The notes below the pieces were generated by a model, which worked only from the letters and a program-made list of their open reading frames with translations, was not told the DNA's origin and made no database searches. Of a stretch of DNA of 64,000 bases, positions 16,902 to 27,049 are shown in pieces; within the stretch, counting starts at the first letter, position 1, and each line of letters starts with the position of its first letter. A program made the position numbers and the translations under genes. Origin of the DNA: Candidatus Pacearchaeota archaeon (lineage in GTDB: Archaea > Nanobdellota > Nanobdellia > Pacearchaeales > GW2011-AR1); the NCBI GenBank assembly GCA_041659945.1, contig JBAZXH010000001.1, forward strand, positions 262,742-326,741. Direction: 5' to 3'.

Positions 16902-19175
16902 ATGTTATTTGATAAGACAACAAAATTATATGCATATGAGATAAGAAATGAATCGGGCCAAAATGTGGCCTATGTAAACTACTTGGGAGCACCCTACATA
17001 CCCTCAATAGCGGCTATTCCTGAAGTTATGGTTCGTACGGTAGATTTACTTATTGAATCTCAGAATATAACTAGGATTGTTTTTGTACAACAAAGAAATT
17101 ATAATTATGATTCTGATAAAGTTAATTTGCTTGCTGAAATAGCTTATCTTTATAACTTTTTAGTTAAACAGGAAAGGGTTTTATCCCCTGAAAAATTAGG
17201 AATGGCAAGCCAGGTAGTTATTTCTCAAAGATATGAACTAATTAATTATTTTTTGCAGTTGATGAAGCAGGACCCGGTTGCAGCATATCAACTAATTAAA
17301 AATGCATTGATAGAAGAGAAAGCCGCAGCAAGTGTTCCGGGAGCAATTAAAGAACTAGCTTATCTTATGCTGTTGGAAAAAGTTGTTTCTTTATTTGAAG
17401 ATACTGCTTTGATAAAAAAAGTTCTTGGAGATTATCAAGCAGGCCTTCCAAAAGATCGTAGTGTTTATAATCAGATATTTTTGGCAGATATAATACCAAA
17501 TTTTGCATTTGCAAGACTTGTTTCTTCACTTCCAGAAGACTCTAAAATTATTTCACAATATGAGATTGGTAGTGGTTCTGATAAGAGTACTGTTACAATA
17601 TTGAAAAAACCAAATGAGCTAAAATACTTTTATCATTTGATGCCCCCAGAATATTCTCTTAATGAAGAATTTCAAATGCTTTTGAACTTAGCAAGAAACG
17701 TTTTAATTGAGCATCAACCAAAGGCTGAAGAATTTATTGATCCGGCTAGGACAAGGCAGGTCTTTTTTAATGTTGCAAGAGACTTATTAAGAGAGCTTTC
17801 AGAAAATAAAAAGATATTTGTTTCGTATTCGGATTTGAACAAATTAGCAATGATTTTGGTTAGACATACAATTGGGTTTGGTTTATTGGAGGTGTTGTTG
17901 CAGGATAGACAACTGCAGGATATTGTTTTAAATGCTCCAATTAGTTTAACTCCGATTTATTTGAGACATGAAAAATATGATGAGTGTGTTACAAATATTA
18001 TGCTTAGTCAGGATGATGCTGATTCTTGGGCAGCTAAATTTAGAATGAGTTCGGGTAGACCTTTGGATGAGGCTAATCCCATATTGGATACTGATTTAGC
18101 TTTGGAAAAGATTAGAGCAAGAATTGCCATTGTTCAAAGACCGTTATCTTCTCAGGGATTGTCCTATGCTGTTAGAAGACATAGAGACTATCCGTGGACT
18201 TTGCCTTTGTTTATTAAAAATAAAATGATTAATTCTTTTGGTGCAGGTTTAATGAGTTTTTTAATTGATGGTGCTAGAACTTTATTGATTGCAGGAACAA
18301 GAAGCTCAGGAAAAACATCTCTTTTGGGAAGTTTAATGTTGGAAATAAAACCAAAGTATAGAATGATACTTATTGAAGATACTCCAGAATTGCCTGCAGA
18401 TTATATGAGGGAATTGGGTTATGATTTATTGAGTATGAAAGTTAGATCTTCCATGACTGAGACTTCCAACGAACTTGCTGCTGAAGAAGGAATAAGAACT
18501 AGTCTGAGACTTGGAGATTCATCTTTAATTGTTGGTGAAATAAGAAGTAATGAAGCTAAAGCTCTTTATGAAGCAATGAGAATTGGAGCTTTAGCAAATG
18601 TTGTTGCAGGTACAATTCATGGTTCGTCTCCCTATTCGGTTTTTGATAGAGTTGTTAATGATTTGAATGTTCCGGTAACTAGCTTTAAAGCAACAGATTT
18701 AATTTTGGTTGCAAATCCGGTTAGAACTCCGGATGGATTGCACTCCATGAAAAGAGTTATACAACTGACAGAGGTTAGAAAGCATTGGACTAAAGATCCG
18801 CTGGAAGAGGGAGGTTTTATTGATTTACTTAATTATAATGTTGAAAAAGATGATCTGGAACCAAGCCAGGAATTGATGAATGGTGATTCTGAAATTATTA
18901 AAACAATTGCTGCATCGGTTAAGGGATGGGTTGGTGATTGGGATGCGGTTTATGATAATATTTTGCTGAGAGGAAAGATAAAACAAGAACTAGTTAATAT
19001 TTCTGATAAACTGAAAAAACCAGAATTACTGGAAGCTAAATTTTCTTTTATTGCAAATAATATTTTTCATGAAGTTTGTGATGAAGTAACAAAAGAAATA
19101 GGAATTCCTAAATCTGAAAGAGTTTTTCCTGTTTGGGTTAAGAGACTGGATGAAGAAATACGGAAGTTCAGTTAA
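16902..19175 (+). CDS. Type IV pilus/secretion ATPase of the GspE/VirB11/FlaI-PilB family
   Basis: Walker A GTRSSGKTSLLGS (nt ~18291-18332), Asp box MILIEDTPEL, Walker B LIVGEIRSNEA and His box AGTIHGSSP, in the canonical order. The N-terminal region is unusually long (~450 aa). Confidence 0.85.
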   Translation: MLFDKTTKLYAYEIRNESGQNVAYVNYLGAPYIPSIAAIPEVMVRTVDLLIESQNITRIVFVQQRNYNYDSDKVNLLAEIAYLYNFLVKQERVLSPEKLGMASQVVISQRYELINYFLQLMKQDPVAAYQLIKNALIEEKAAASVPGAIKELAYLMLLEKVVSLFEDTALIKKVLGDYQAGLPKDRSVYNQIFLADIIPNFAFARLVSSLPEDSKIISQYEIGSGSDKSTVTILKKPNELKYFYHLMPPEYSLNEEFQMLLNLARNVLIEHQPKAEEFIDPARTRQVFFNVARDLLRELSENKKIFVSYSDLNKLAMILVRHTIGFGLLEVLLQDRQLQDIVLNAPISLTPIYLRHEKYDECVTNIMLSQDDADSWAAKFRMSSGRPLDEANPILDTDLALEKIRARIAIVQRPLSSQGLSYAVRRHRDYPWTLPLFIKNKMINSFGAGLMSFLIDGARTLLIAGTRSSGKTSLLGSLMLEIKPKYRMILIEDTPELPADYMRELGYDLLSMKVRSSMTETSNELAAEEGIRTSLRLGDSSLIVGEIRSNEAKALYEAMRIGALANVVAGTIHGSSPYSVFDRVVNDLNVPVTSFKATDLILVANPVRTPDGLHSMKRVIQLTEVRKHWTKDPLEEGGFIDLLNYNVEKDDLEPSQELMNGDSEIIKTIAASVKGWVGDWDAVYDNILLRGKIKQELVNISDKLKKPELLEAKFSFIANNIFHEVCDEVTKEIGIPKSERVFPVWVKRLDEEIRKFS

Positions 19176-19222
19176 GTAATTTTTTTCATTAGATTTATTA
19201 ATCTAAAATAATACTGCTATTT

Positions 19223-19813
19223 ATGTTAGAACTTGAGATTGTCAGAGCAATTAGTAATCTTGGAAGTGGAACTTTTTTAGATAAGATAAGCTGGTTTATT
19301 AGTTTGTATTCTTTTTTTGTTGTTCTTGGAGTTGTTTTGATGGTTTTGGTTTGGATTTATGATAGAAAGAATTTTAAAAAAGTACTTTTTGCAGTTATAA
19401 TTGCTCTTGCTTTGCATTTTGTGATAACTGAAGGAGTTTTTAAGGTTGTTATACCTCAGTTTACTGGAATTGGAATTCGTGAAAGGCCGTATATCTCTGA
19501 TAATAACCTAGTACCAATTGGCAAAATAGTTGTTGATTCATCTTTTCCCTCAGGACATGTATCTACGATTTTTGCCGTTGGAAGTGTATTTATGTTTTTT
19601 TATAGAAAGAAATGGTTTTTTGTTTTGGGAATAGGATTTGGAATTTTGGTAGCTCTTTCAAGAATACATAATGGGATGCATTATCCGAGCGATGTTATTG
19701 TTGGAGCAGGATTGGGGATTTTGTATGGATTAGTTGGTTTGTATTTTGCTAATCAGTTATATAAAATGAAAAGAATGAATGTTTTGAAAAGTAATAAGAA
19801 AATAAAATCTTGA
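19223..19813 (+). CDS. PAP2-family (type 2 phosphatidic acid / polyprenyl-diphosphate) phosphatase, copy 1
   Basis: All three PAP2 motifs are present: GIRERPY, FPSGHVS and SRIHNGMHYPSDV. The protein has six TM-like segments. Confidence 0.85.
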   Translation: MLELEIVRAISNLGSGTFLDKISWFISLYSFFVVLGVVLMVLVWIYDRKNFKKVLFAVIIALALHFVITEGVFKVVIPQFTGIGIRERPYISDNNLVPIGKIVVDSSFPSGHVSTIFAVGSVFMFFYRKKWFFVLGIGFGILVALSRIHNGMHYPSDVIVGAGLGILYGLVGLYFANQLYKMKRMNVLKSNKKIKS

Positions 19814-19854
19814 ATTTACTCAAAGTTTATTAATCACTATTTGTTTTATTTTTA

Positions 19855-20394
19855 ATGAAAATTGAGGCGAGGATAGTTCATTTTTTTAATAGAATTGGGA
19901 AAAATACTGTTTTGAACAAGATAACTTTGATTTTAAATTATATACCTTTCTTAGTAGCTCTTGTATTTATTATTATTATTTTTGTTTATTCTTATGACCC
20001 TGCAAATTTGAAAGTATTTTTAGCATCATTAATAATCGTGATTTGTTTTCACTTTTTAATAAGTGAACTTATTTTTAAGAAAGTAGTAGTTAGTTTTATT
20101 GGTATAAGAAAAAGACCCTATCTCTCTTATAGTTCTATTAAAGGAATTGGAAAGAAGTTTTCAGACAGTTCTTTTCCATCAAGTCATATGTCTGCAATTA
20201 CTGGTATCTTGTTTATTGTTAGTTACTTTTATCCATTAACAATTATCTTCTCAATTATCTTCCTTTTATTTATGGCTTTTTCAAGAATCCATAATGGAAT
20301 GCATTACCCTTCAGATGTTTTAGCAGGGTTTATTTTAGGATTATTTTATGGAGTTATGGGATTGAGTTTAGTTAATTTAATTTACGTTTTTTGA
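19855..20394 (+). CDS. PAP2-family phosphatase, copy 2 (tandem paralog)
   Basis: GIRKRPY, FPSSHMS and SRIHNGMHYPSDV, with the same architecture as copy 1. Confidence 0.85.
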   Translation: MKIEARIVHFFNRIGKNTVLNKITLILNYIPFLVALVFIIIIFVYSYDPANLKVFLASLIIVICFHFLISELIFKKVVVSFIGIRKRPYLSYSSIKGIGKKFSDSSFPSSHMSAITGILFIVSYFYPLTIIFSIIFLLFMAFSRIHNGMHYPSDVLAGFILGLFYGVMGLSLVNLIYVF

Positions 20395-20452
20395 TGCATT
20401 ATATTTATTAAGTCTTTTTTCTTTGATTTGTTATAAATAGAGGTGATACTTT

Positions 20453-22669
20453 ATGTCAGATGTAGATGAAATTATGAAGAAGTATGGGGCAAAGATTTCA
20501 AAACAAATAGACTTGAAAGATGAATACAAGGTCGGAGATTTGAGTAGAGAATATTTACAATTTAAAAAAGAATTAATGCCTGCTTTGTCAAGATATGAAT
20601 CTTGGGCAAAAACTTTTAATATAAAGGTAAAACCATCAACTAAAGATTTAGTAGGTATTCAAAGACAGTTGGATGTTGCTCATCTTGATCTATCTCCAGA
20701 AAATGTTTCGGGTTTTGCATTTTTTAGTGCTTTTTTGGTTTTTACTATTGGTTTGGTAATCTTTTCGGCATCATACTTTTCATTTGTTGGGTTGGAAGGA
20801 GATTTTCTTACCTATTTAATGGGACCTGCAGGTCTTTTTTTGGTTTTATCTTTGTTTGCTGCAATGTTTGTTTTTTATTATCTTTATTCTATGCCAAGTA
20901 GGCTTGCTAATTCCTGGAGATTAAAGGCAAGTGCACAAATGGTTCCGTGTATTTTGTATATTGTTGTTTACATGAAACATACTTCAAATCTTGAAAGAGC
21001 TGTTGCATTTGCATCTAAACACTTGAATTATCCTTTGGGGTTGGATCTAAAAAAAATATTTTGGGATGTTGAAACTGGGAAGTATAGTACTATTAAAGAA
21101 AGTTTAGATAAATATTTGGAAACCTGGGAAAAAGATAGTTTAGAATTTGTAGAAGCTTTTCATTTGATAGAATCTAGTCTTTATGAGCCATCTGATGGTA
21201 GAAGAATAATGATCCTTGAAAAGGGGCTGCAAACAATTTTGGATGGTGTTTACGAGAAGATGCTTGCATTCTCAAGAGAGGTTAGAAGTCCTTTAACTAA
21301 TTTGTATATGTTGGGAGTTGTTTTACCTACCTTGGGATTGGCACTTTTGCCTCTTGCCTCTGCTTTTTTGGGAGACATATTAAAAGTTTATCATGTCTTT
21401 ATATTTTTTAATTTAATTGTTCCATTTTTTGTTTTTTACTTAACCTCTCAAATAATGCTTAAACGACCGGGAGGTTATGGGGAAACTGATTTTCTTGAGT
21501 TGAATCCGGATTATGAGAAATACAAGAGTAAAAAGCATTATGTTACTGCTGCTTTGATTGCTATTCCTTTAATTTTAATTGCTCTTACTCCTTTTTTGTT
21601 ACAGTGGGACGAGTTAAGAAATACTATTGGATTGCAATGTCAGTATTATATAACTGGGACGAGTGGTTGTGATTTTGATTTTAATTATTTTGGTTTGAGC
21701 ATATTGGGAGAGACACGTGTTTTTGGTTTTAGATATGTGGAGGGAGCGGGAATTGTGGGGCCCTTTGGAATTTTGGCCATAGTTCTAAGTTTATTTATTC
21801 CCCTTGCTATTGGTTTGTTTTTTTACCTGTCCTATAATTCTAAAACAAAAGACTTAATTAAATCAAGAGATTTTTCTAAGCAACTTGAAAAAGAGTTTAC
21901 AAATTCACTTTTTCAATTGGGTAATAGAATCGGAGATGGGATGCCTGCAGAGGTGGCATTTGGTAGAGTTGCAGAATCAACTCGCGGACAGAAAACTGAA
22001 AATTTCTTTAGAAGAATTAATTTGAATTTGCAGCAGGGAGGAATGTCTTTGGAAAAAGCTATTTTTGATGAAAGAAGAGGAGCTATAATTTATTATCCTT
22101 CAGCTTTAATTGCAACAAGCATGAGAATCTTATTAGAGTCTGTTAAAAAAGGATTGAATATTGCAGCACAGAGTTTAATGAGTATTTCGGAGTATATTAA
22201 GAATATTCAGAAAGTAACCCAGAGACTTAATGATTTATTGGCAGAGGTTGTTTCTGATATGAAAAGTAATATGGTATTTTTAGCTCCGTTATTATCTGGA
22301 ATTGTTGTGGGATTATCTTCAATGATTGCTTTTCTTTTGGTAAGGCTAAGTGGAATATTTACTCAAATTGGAGGTAGTACTGAGCTGGGAGGTTTTAATA
22401 TTGGAGATTTTTTAAGAATTTTTGAAGTAGACAAAATGATTTCTCCTTACTTTTTACAAATTTCAGTTGGGCTTTATATTATAGAAATTATATTTATTTT
22501 AACAAATGTTCTTGTGGTGATTGATGCAGGAGAAGATAGGCTTAAGAGAACAAAAGAAACGGGAAATAATCTTGGTAGGGGAGTTGCAATTTATTTTGTT
22601 ATTACTTTGATTGCAATTGTTCTTCTTTCATCAATTGCAGCCATAGCTTTGGGAAGTTTGCAAACTTGA
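20453..22669 (+). CDS. Polytopic platform protein of a type IV pilus system (TadC/FlaJ/PilC-like, two T2SSF-like cytoplasmic repeats)
   Basis: 738 aa with alternating TM bundles and two helical cytoplasmic domains. It sits downstream of the secretion ATPase. A strong SD (gaggtgat) lies 5 nt before the ATG. Confidence 0.7.
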   Translation: MSDVDEIMKKYGAKISKQIDLKDEYKVGDLSREYLQFKKELMPALSRYESWAKTFNIKVKPSTKDLVGIQRQLDVAHLDLSPENVSGFAFFSAFLVFTIGLVIFSASYFSFVGLEGDFLTYLMGPAGLFLVLSLFAAMFVFYYLYSMPSRLANSWRLKASAQMVPCILYIVVYMKHTSNLERAVAFASKHLNYPLGLDLKKIFWDVETGKYSTIKESLDKYLETWEKDSLEFVEAFHLIESSLYEPSDGRRIMILEKGLQTILDGVYEKMLAFSREVRSPLTNLYMLGVVLPTLGLALLPLASAFLGDILKVYHVFIFFNLIVPFFVFYLTSQIMLKRPGGYGETDFLELNPDYEKYKSKKHYVTAALIAIPLILIALTPFLLQWDELRNTIGLQCQYYITGTSGCDFDFNYFGLSILGETRVFGFRYVEGAGIVGPFGILAIVLSLFIPLAIGLFFYLSYNSKTKDLIKSRDFSKQLEKEFTNSLFQLGNRIGDGMPAEVAFGRVAESTRGQKTENFFRRINLNLQQGGMSLEKAIFDERRGAIIYYPSALIATSMRILLESVKKGLNIAAQSLMSISEYIKNIQKVTQRLNDLLAEVVSDMKSNMVFLAPLLSGIVVGLSSMIAFLLVRLSGIFTQIGGSTELGGFNIGDFLRIFEVDKMISPYFLQISVGLYIIEIIFILTNVLVVIDAGEDRLKRTKETGNNLGRGVAIYFVITLIAIVLLSSIAAIALGSLQT

Positions 22670-22755
22670 TAGAAAAAAGTACTTCTTGTCTATATACACT
22701 TTCCAACATATATAATAAAAGATATATTTAAAAACCCCAAATTATTATATTTAGT

Positions 22756-23283
22756 ATGGCAAAAAGAGGTAAGGTGAAATTAAAGAGGAGAAAACCTGTT
22801 AGTAGAGTTGCTGTTAAAAATTATAGAAGTTCTAGAAAAACAAAACCCCCTATTAGTGTTAAGATAATATCTATTTTAACTTATGTTAGTGCTATCCTTA
22901 GTATTTTATTTGGTTTAGTTATGGTTGTTGGAAGTATTCTTGGAGCATCATTAATTAGTTATGTTGGTATGCAAAGATTAATTGATCTTGTTCCTGGATT
23001 AACTCTTGCTCAATCAATAATTGGGCCAGCTTTGCTTGTTTTAATGTTCCTTGGTTTTATTGCAATTGTTGTCGGAGTAATTGAGTTTTTAGTTGGAGCA
23101 GGGTTATGGAAAGGTAAAAAATGGGCATATGTGCTTGCTGTAGTTATTGTCCTGTTAGCTTTTATTAAGAATTTACTATTGCTCTTTGTTTCGCCAGCTG
23201 CCGGAATTGCAGGAGTGATTATATATGGAGTAATTGGTTACTTCTTATTGTTTGATAAAAGAACAAGAAATTATTTTTCTTAA
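22756..23283 (+). CDS. Membrane protein (175 aa, basic N-terminus, ~4 TM)
   Basis: MAKRGKVKLKRRK is followed by four hydrophobic segments. No diagnostic motif. Confidence 0.6.
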   Translation: MAKRGKVKLKRRKPVSRVAVKNYRSSRKTKPPISVKIISILTYVSAILSILFGLVMVVGSILGASLISYVGMQRLIDLVPGLTLAQSIIGPALLVLMFLGFIAIVVGVIEFLVGAGLWKGKKWAYVLAVVIVLLAFIKNLLLLFVSPAAGIAGVIIYGVIGYFLLFDKRTRNYFS

Positions 23284-23325
23284 TTATTTTTTAATTTATT
23301 AATTTTTAGGTTTTAGAGTGTTAGC

Positions 23326-23340
23326 AGAAGGTTTATTAAT
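23326..23340 (+). promoter_or_regulatory. BRE/TATA-like promoter of the pilin-like operon
   Basis: agaaggtttattaat, with tttattaa centred ~25 nt upstream of the ATG at 23361. Confidence 0.45.
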
Positions 23341-23360
23341 AATATTTCTTTAGTAAAAAT

Positions 23361-23528
23361 ATGATTAAAAAGAGAGGTAAAAAAGGAGAGGTAAATCGTG
23401 ATCTTGTTGCTTGGTTAGTTATAGGTGCTGCAGTTGTGGTTTTAGTAGGAACAATTTATATTCTTCTTACAAAGAGAGGTTATAGCATTGGAGAAATGCT
23501 TAGTAATTTATTTAGACTGAGGAGGTAG
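23361..23528 (+). CDS. Mini pilin-like protein P0 (55 aa; not in the ORF track)
   Basis: MIKKRGKKGEVNRDLVAWLVIGAAVVVLVGTIYILL has a basic K-K-G motif followed by a ~20-residue hydrophobic helix. The promoter is at the leaderless distance. The stop lies 8 nt before the next start. Confidence 0.55.
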   Translation: MIKKRGKKGEVNRDLVAWLVIGAAVVVLVGTIYILLTKRGYSIGEMLSNLFRLRR

Positions 23529-23536
23529 TTTTTTTA

Positions 23537-25192
23537 ATGAGAAGGATAAAAAATAAAAAGGCGGAGGGAGATACTAATTGGAGCATGATTGCAGGTTTTA
23601 TTCTTTTAGTTTTGGCAATCTTTTTTGCTATTACTTTTATTTTTAAGATACCCTTGGTAAGCTGGTTTGAAAATTTAATTCCAGGTTTTGACTTACCTGG
23701 AGATAATGTTCTTAATCTTGGGGACCCAAGAAACCCAGATACCTTAGTTCCAGAAGGGTGTGATCGGATTGCAGTTTTAGTAAATGAGGGAAATGGAATT
23801 ATTAATACTATTAAACGTCAAACATCTGGAGAGTATGTTTATTTTATAAATTCTGGAACCCTTGAGAGTTCATATTTTTATTTTGATGGCAACTTAGAAT
23901 CTGGGAAAATAATTGTTAAGGACTTTTTTACTAGTGATGTTGAAGTTGGCACAGTTATTGCATCAAAAATATTTATAATTCCAGATTTTTTTGATGCTTC
24001 TTCAAAAGAATATCAGAACCTGAGGGTGAATTTGCTTCATGCAGGTTATGGAAAAGATGTTTTCATAGAAAAACTTAAAATTTTGAATAATGCTAAAATT
24101 TATTCTAAAATTCAAAAATCAGTTTGTCGTGGTGATGAGCAAACACAAATTGTTAATCAGTGGCCTGAAGATTTGGGAGTTTATAATGCAGACACAAGTA
24201 GCATATTAAAGAACACACAAAAGATCATTTTTGAATTTAGAGATGGAACCTATAAGAGTAATTTATTTTATAGGTATTTTATAAAAGATAATCTGGGTTA
24301 TTGGCAATGGTCTCTTGATATTAATGAATGGTTTTATTGCAAAGATAAAATTATTAAAAATGTAGGGGATAAAAATAAAGAGTTTATTATGAGTTTGGTA
24401 GGTAAAAATTATCAAGAGGGCATTGGTCTTTTAATTTCAAGAACATTCACTAATGATGAAGGGGCTTTATTTGGGAACTCTCAATTGTATATTTCTAAAG
24501 GAATTGTTATTTTAAATAATAAAGGCCTTTTTGAATTGGATAGAGCCTTTTTTGGAAAAGCAATTTATTTTTTCTTTGATGAGAACAACTATTGGAGATG
24601 GTCTTCTGATGGTAAAACTTGGGCATATACTTCAGTAGATGTTGACTTGAATAATTTTGCATTGTCTAAAGAAAATATTGCTATCATAGAAAATATTAAG
24701 AAAATAAACTCTCCGCCAAAATCAGAAGACTTCTTTGCTGGCGCTGAAGCAATTTTTGATAGCAGTATTGAAAAAGAAATAAGTTCTGTTGATTTAAAAT
24801 TAGTTGGAATTGATAATTCTAATGATTTTGGTAAGCTACAAATGTTTTCTTCAAATAACAAAAACTTTATTTTAATCGAATCTCAAGAAAATGGTAAGAC
24901 TATTGGGGTTATTTATGGTGATGGTTCTATTTGGTTTGATATGAGATTTTTGTTTCAAAATGATGGAAAATTGATTTTAGAAAGTGGCAAAATTAAACTT
25001 AGAGAAATTAATGGATATTCTTTGTTTTATCCTAATTCATTTAAGAATTCCCCCGAGTTAAAGTTTGATTTACCATGTAATGAAGAATCATTCAAAGTTA
25101 TCCCTAATTTTGGAAATTATTTTTGTGAAACTAATTTAAGGCTCGAGAAGGATAAGTTTGATTATATTAAACAGTTTATTAAAGAGGTTTAA
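23537..25192 (+). CDS. Large pilin-like protein P1 (551 aa) with class-III-like signal
   Basis: MRRIKNKKAEGDTNWSMIAGFILLVLAIFF. The N-terminal motif GDTNW(S/G)MIA is shared with P9. There is an internal duplicated YWxWSxD..W motif. Confidence 0.75.
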   Translation: MRRIKNKKAEGDTNWSMIAGFILLVLAIFFAITFIFKIPLVSWFENLIPGFDLPGDNVLNLGDPRNPDTLVPEGCDRIAVLVNEGNGIINTIKRQTSGEYVYFINSGTLESSYFYFDGNLESGKIIVKDFFTSDVEVGTVIASKIFIIPDFFDASSKEYQNLRVNLLHAGYGKDVFIEKLKILNNAKIYSKIQKSVCRGDEQTQIVNQWPEDLGVYNADTSSILKNTQKIIFEFRDGTYKSNLFYRYFIKDNLGYWQWSLDINEWFYCKDKIIKNVGDKNKEFIMSLVGKNYQEGIGLLISRTFTNDEGALFGNSQLYISKGIVILNNKGLFELDRAFFGKAIYFFFDENNYWRWSSDGKTWAYTSVDVDLNNFALSKENIAIIENIKKINSPPKSEDFFAGAEAIFDSSIEKEISSVDLKLVGIDNSNDFGKLQMFSSNNKNFILIESQENGKTIGVIYGDGSIWFDMRFLFQNDGKLILESGKIKLREINGYSLFYPNSFKNSPELKFDLPCNEESFKVIPNFGNYFCETNLRLEKDKFDYIKQFIKEV

Positions 25193-25762
25193 ATGAAAAA
25201 CAAAAAGGCAATTCTTATTCCTGAGATTTTGAAACTTGTAATTGGTGCATTAATTATTGTTTTTTTATTTGTGGCTGCAATAAAGATTTATGGAATTGTT
25301 CAGTCTAATTCTGATAGAACTCAAGCGGCTTCTGAAATAGAAGTGATTGCTAGAACTATAAATGGCCTCGGTGAGGGAGATGTGGGTAAGTACGATCTGC
25401 TTTCCCCAAGTGGTTGGGCTTTGTATGGTTTTCCCTATGGAAATGTTAAAACAATAAGGTGTGAAATCTCGGAGTTTTGTGTTTGTTTATGTCCAAAAGC
25501 AAGTGTCTCTATGGGATCAACAGTCAATCCTCGTTTAATTTCCGAGGAAGAGTATTTTAAAAGTTATCGTGATTCTTGTGATAGTCAAGGCGTTTGTTCC
25601 AAAGTTGAGAAAGAGGTTTTTGTGAATAATATTAATTTAGAATTTAAGGAGATTAAAACATTTATTTTAGTTGATGATTTAGTTGAAGCTAAAAAATCCA
25701 TCGCAATGACAATCAAAAATGACAAAGCATTTGTTAATTTCAATGATCAAAATGAAATCTAA
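25193..25762 (+). CDS. Pilin-like protein P2 (189 aa), Cys-rich ectodomain
   Basis: MKNKKAILIPEILKLVIGALIIVFLF has KKA followed by Glu at +5. Cys-rich stretch CEISEFCVCLCPK...CDSQGVC. The start abuts the P1 stop (taaatg). Confidence 0.75.
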   Translation: MKNKKAILIPEILKLVIGALIIVFLFVAAIKIYGIVQSNSDRTQAASEIEVIARTINGLGEGDVGKYDLLSPSGWALYGFPYGNVKTIRCEISEFCVCLCPKASVSMGSTVNPRLISEEEYFKSYRDSCDSQGVCSKVEKEVFVNNINLEFKEIKTFILVDDLVEAKKSIAMTIKNDKAFVNFNDQNEI

Positions 25763-25886
25763 TTCACTAAAAAAAGCGCAGTTATTACCAGAACAAGTAA
25801 TTCAAGCTCTCTTTTGGGTTGTTCTAGCTGTAGCTTTATTTACTGCGGCTTACTTTATTTTTAAATCAATTACCTCTATGGCTTAA
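25752..25886 (+). CDS. Mini pilin-like protein P3 (44 aa; not in the ORF track)
   Basis: MKSNSLKKAQLLPEQVIQALFWVVLAVALFTAAYFIF has KKA followed by Glu at +5. It overlaps the P2 3' end by 11 nt. Confidence 0.5.
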   Translation: MKSNSLKKAQLLPEQVIQALFWVVLAVALFTAAYFIFKSITSMA

Positions 25887-25926
25887 AAAGTATAAACTAT
25901 AAAAACCCTTGAGTTTTATTATTATT

Positions 25927-27048
25927 ATGATCTCTCATTTAAAAAAAGGTGAATTGCCAGTTAGCTGGACAGTTACAATAATTCTTTTGCTTATTGGTTT
26001 TGTTATTCTTTTGGTTATTTATTTTGAATTTTTTAATTTTGATATGATTGATAGGCAAGCCTGTCATAAATCTGTTCTTTTAAGAGGTTCTCTACCTTAT
26101 CAATCAGTTTCTCAAGGTTATGTTCCTTTACAATGTAAAACTCAAAAAATTTGTATAACTGGAGATTCTGGCGGAAAGTGTACTGAATTTAAAAATGAAG
26201 AAAAAGTTAGAAGAGTGAAAGTTCTTAATAATGAAAGAGGGTTGGATGAAATACAAAAGCTTTATGCTCAAGAAATCTTGGATTGTTGGTCTATGATGGG
26301 CGAGGGAAAATTAAGTATATTTTCCCCAAGTCTTTCACAAAGTTTTCAAATCGGTTCTCTTTATCCTAATTGTGTAATTTGTTCTAGAATTGCTATTGAC
26401 GAAAAAACCCTTGATAAAGTTGGGTTGAATAAGTTAAATATTTTTGAATACATGAATACTCATTTGGTCCCAAGTACTAATCAAACCTATTTGCAGTATA
26501 TTACTGGTGAAGATTTTGCAGGAATTGCTGTTGATGATCAAGCTTTTAATGAATTTGTAAAACAACAGGTTTCTAGTTCGGGAACTGGAGGAGTTGAAGG
26601 AGAATTAAATGGTGGAGGATTGGAAGGAGAGACAGACTATGTTGATGATGAAGTAGCTGTTTTGTTTATGCAAGTTAGTAGAGTTCCAAGTGCGTTAGAT
26701 GTTGCAAAAAAAGATATTTTGGTTGCATTGGGAATGGGTGCCGGCGCAACAGCTACTTATATTTCTGTTGGAGGTGCAACATTTGGTTGGTCTACTAAAT
26801 TGATTGGGTGGGTTAGTTCTGTTCCGGTTATTAGAGCAGGTGTAGCTGTCATTGCTCTAGTTGCAGGTACCACAACTCTTAGTACTCAAGCAATTAATCT
26901 GTACAAAAGCAAAAGTGTGGTTGCTGCTTCTTGTAGTGATGTTGAAGTAGGTAATGGGGTTTATAGTGGTTGTTCAGTAGTTAGAACAGTTAAATATGAT
27001 TCTCAAGAAATATTAAAAAATTGTAAAAAAATACAAAGTATCCCTTAG
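25927..27048 (+). CDS. Pilin-like protein P4 (373 aa from the ATG at 25927), Cys-rich with a hydrophobic G/A-rich C-terminal region
   Basis: MISHLKKGELPVSWTVTIILLLIGFVILL. The track start at 25909 is a TTG; the first ATG is at 25927. Many Cys residues are present. Confidence 0.7.
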   Translation: MISHLKKGELPVSWTVTIILLLIGFVILLVIYFEFFNFDMIDRQACHKSVLLRGSLPYQSVSQGYVPLQCKTQKICITGDSGGKCTEFKNEEKVRRVKVLNNERGLDEIQKLYAQEILDCWSMMGEGKLSIFSPSLSQSFQIGSLYPNCVICSRIAIDEKTLDKVGLNKLNIFEYMNTHLVPSTNQTYLQYITGEDFAGIAVDDQAFNEFVKQQVSSSGTGGVEGELNGGGLEGETDYVDDEVAVLFMQVSRVPSALDVAKKDILVALGMGAGATATYISVGGATFGWSTKLIGWVSSVPVIRAGVAVIALVAGTTTLSTQAINLYKSKSVVAASCSDVEVGNGVYSGCSVVRTVKYDSQEILKNCKKIQSIP

Positions 27049-27049
27049 A

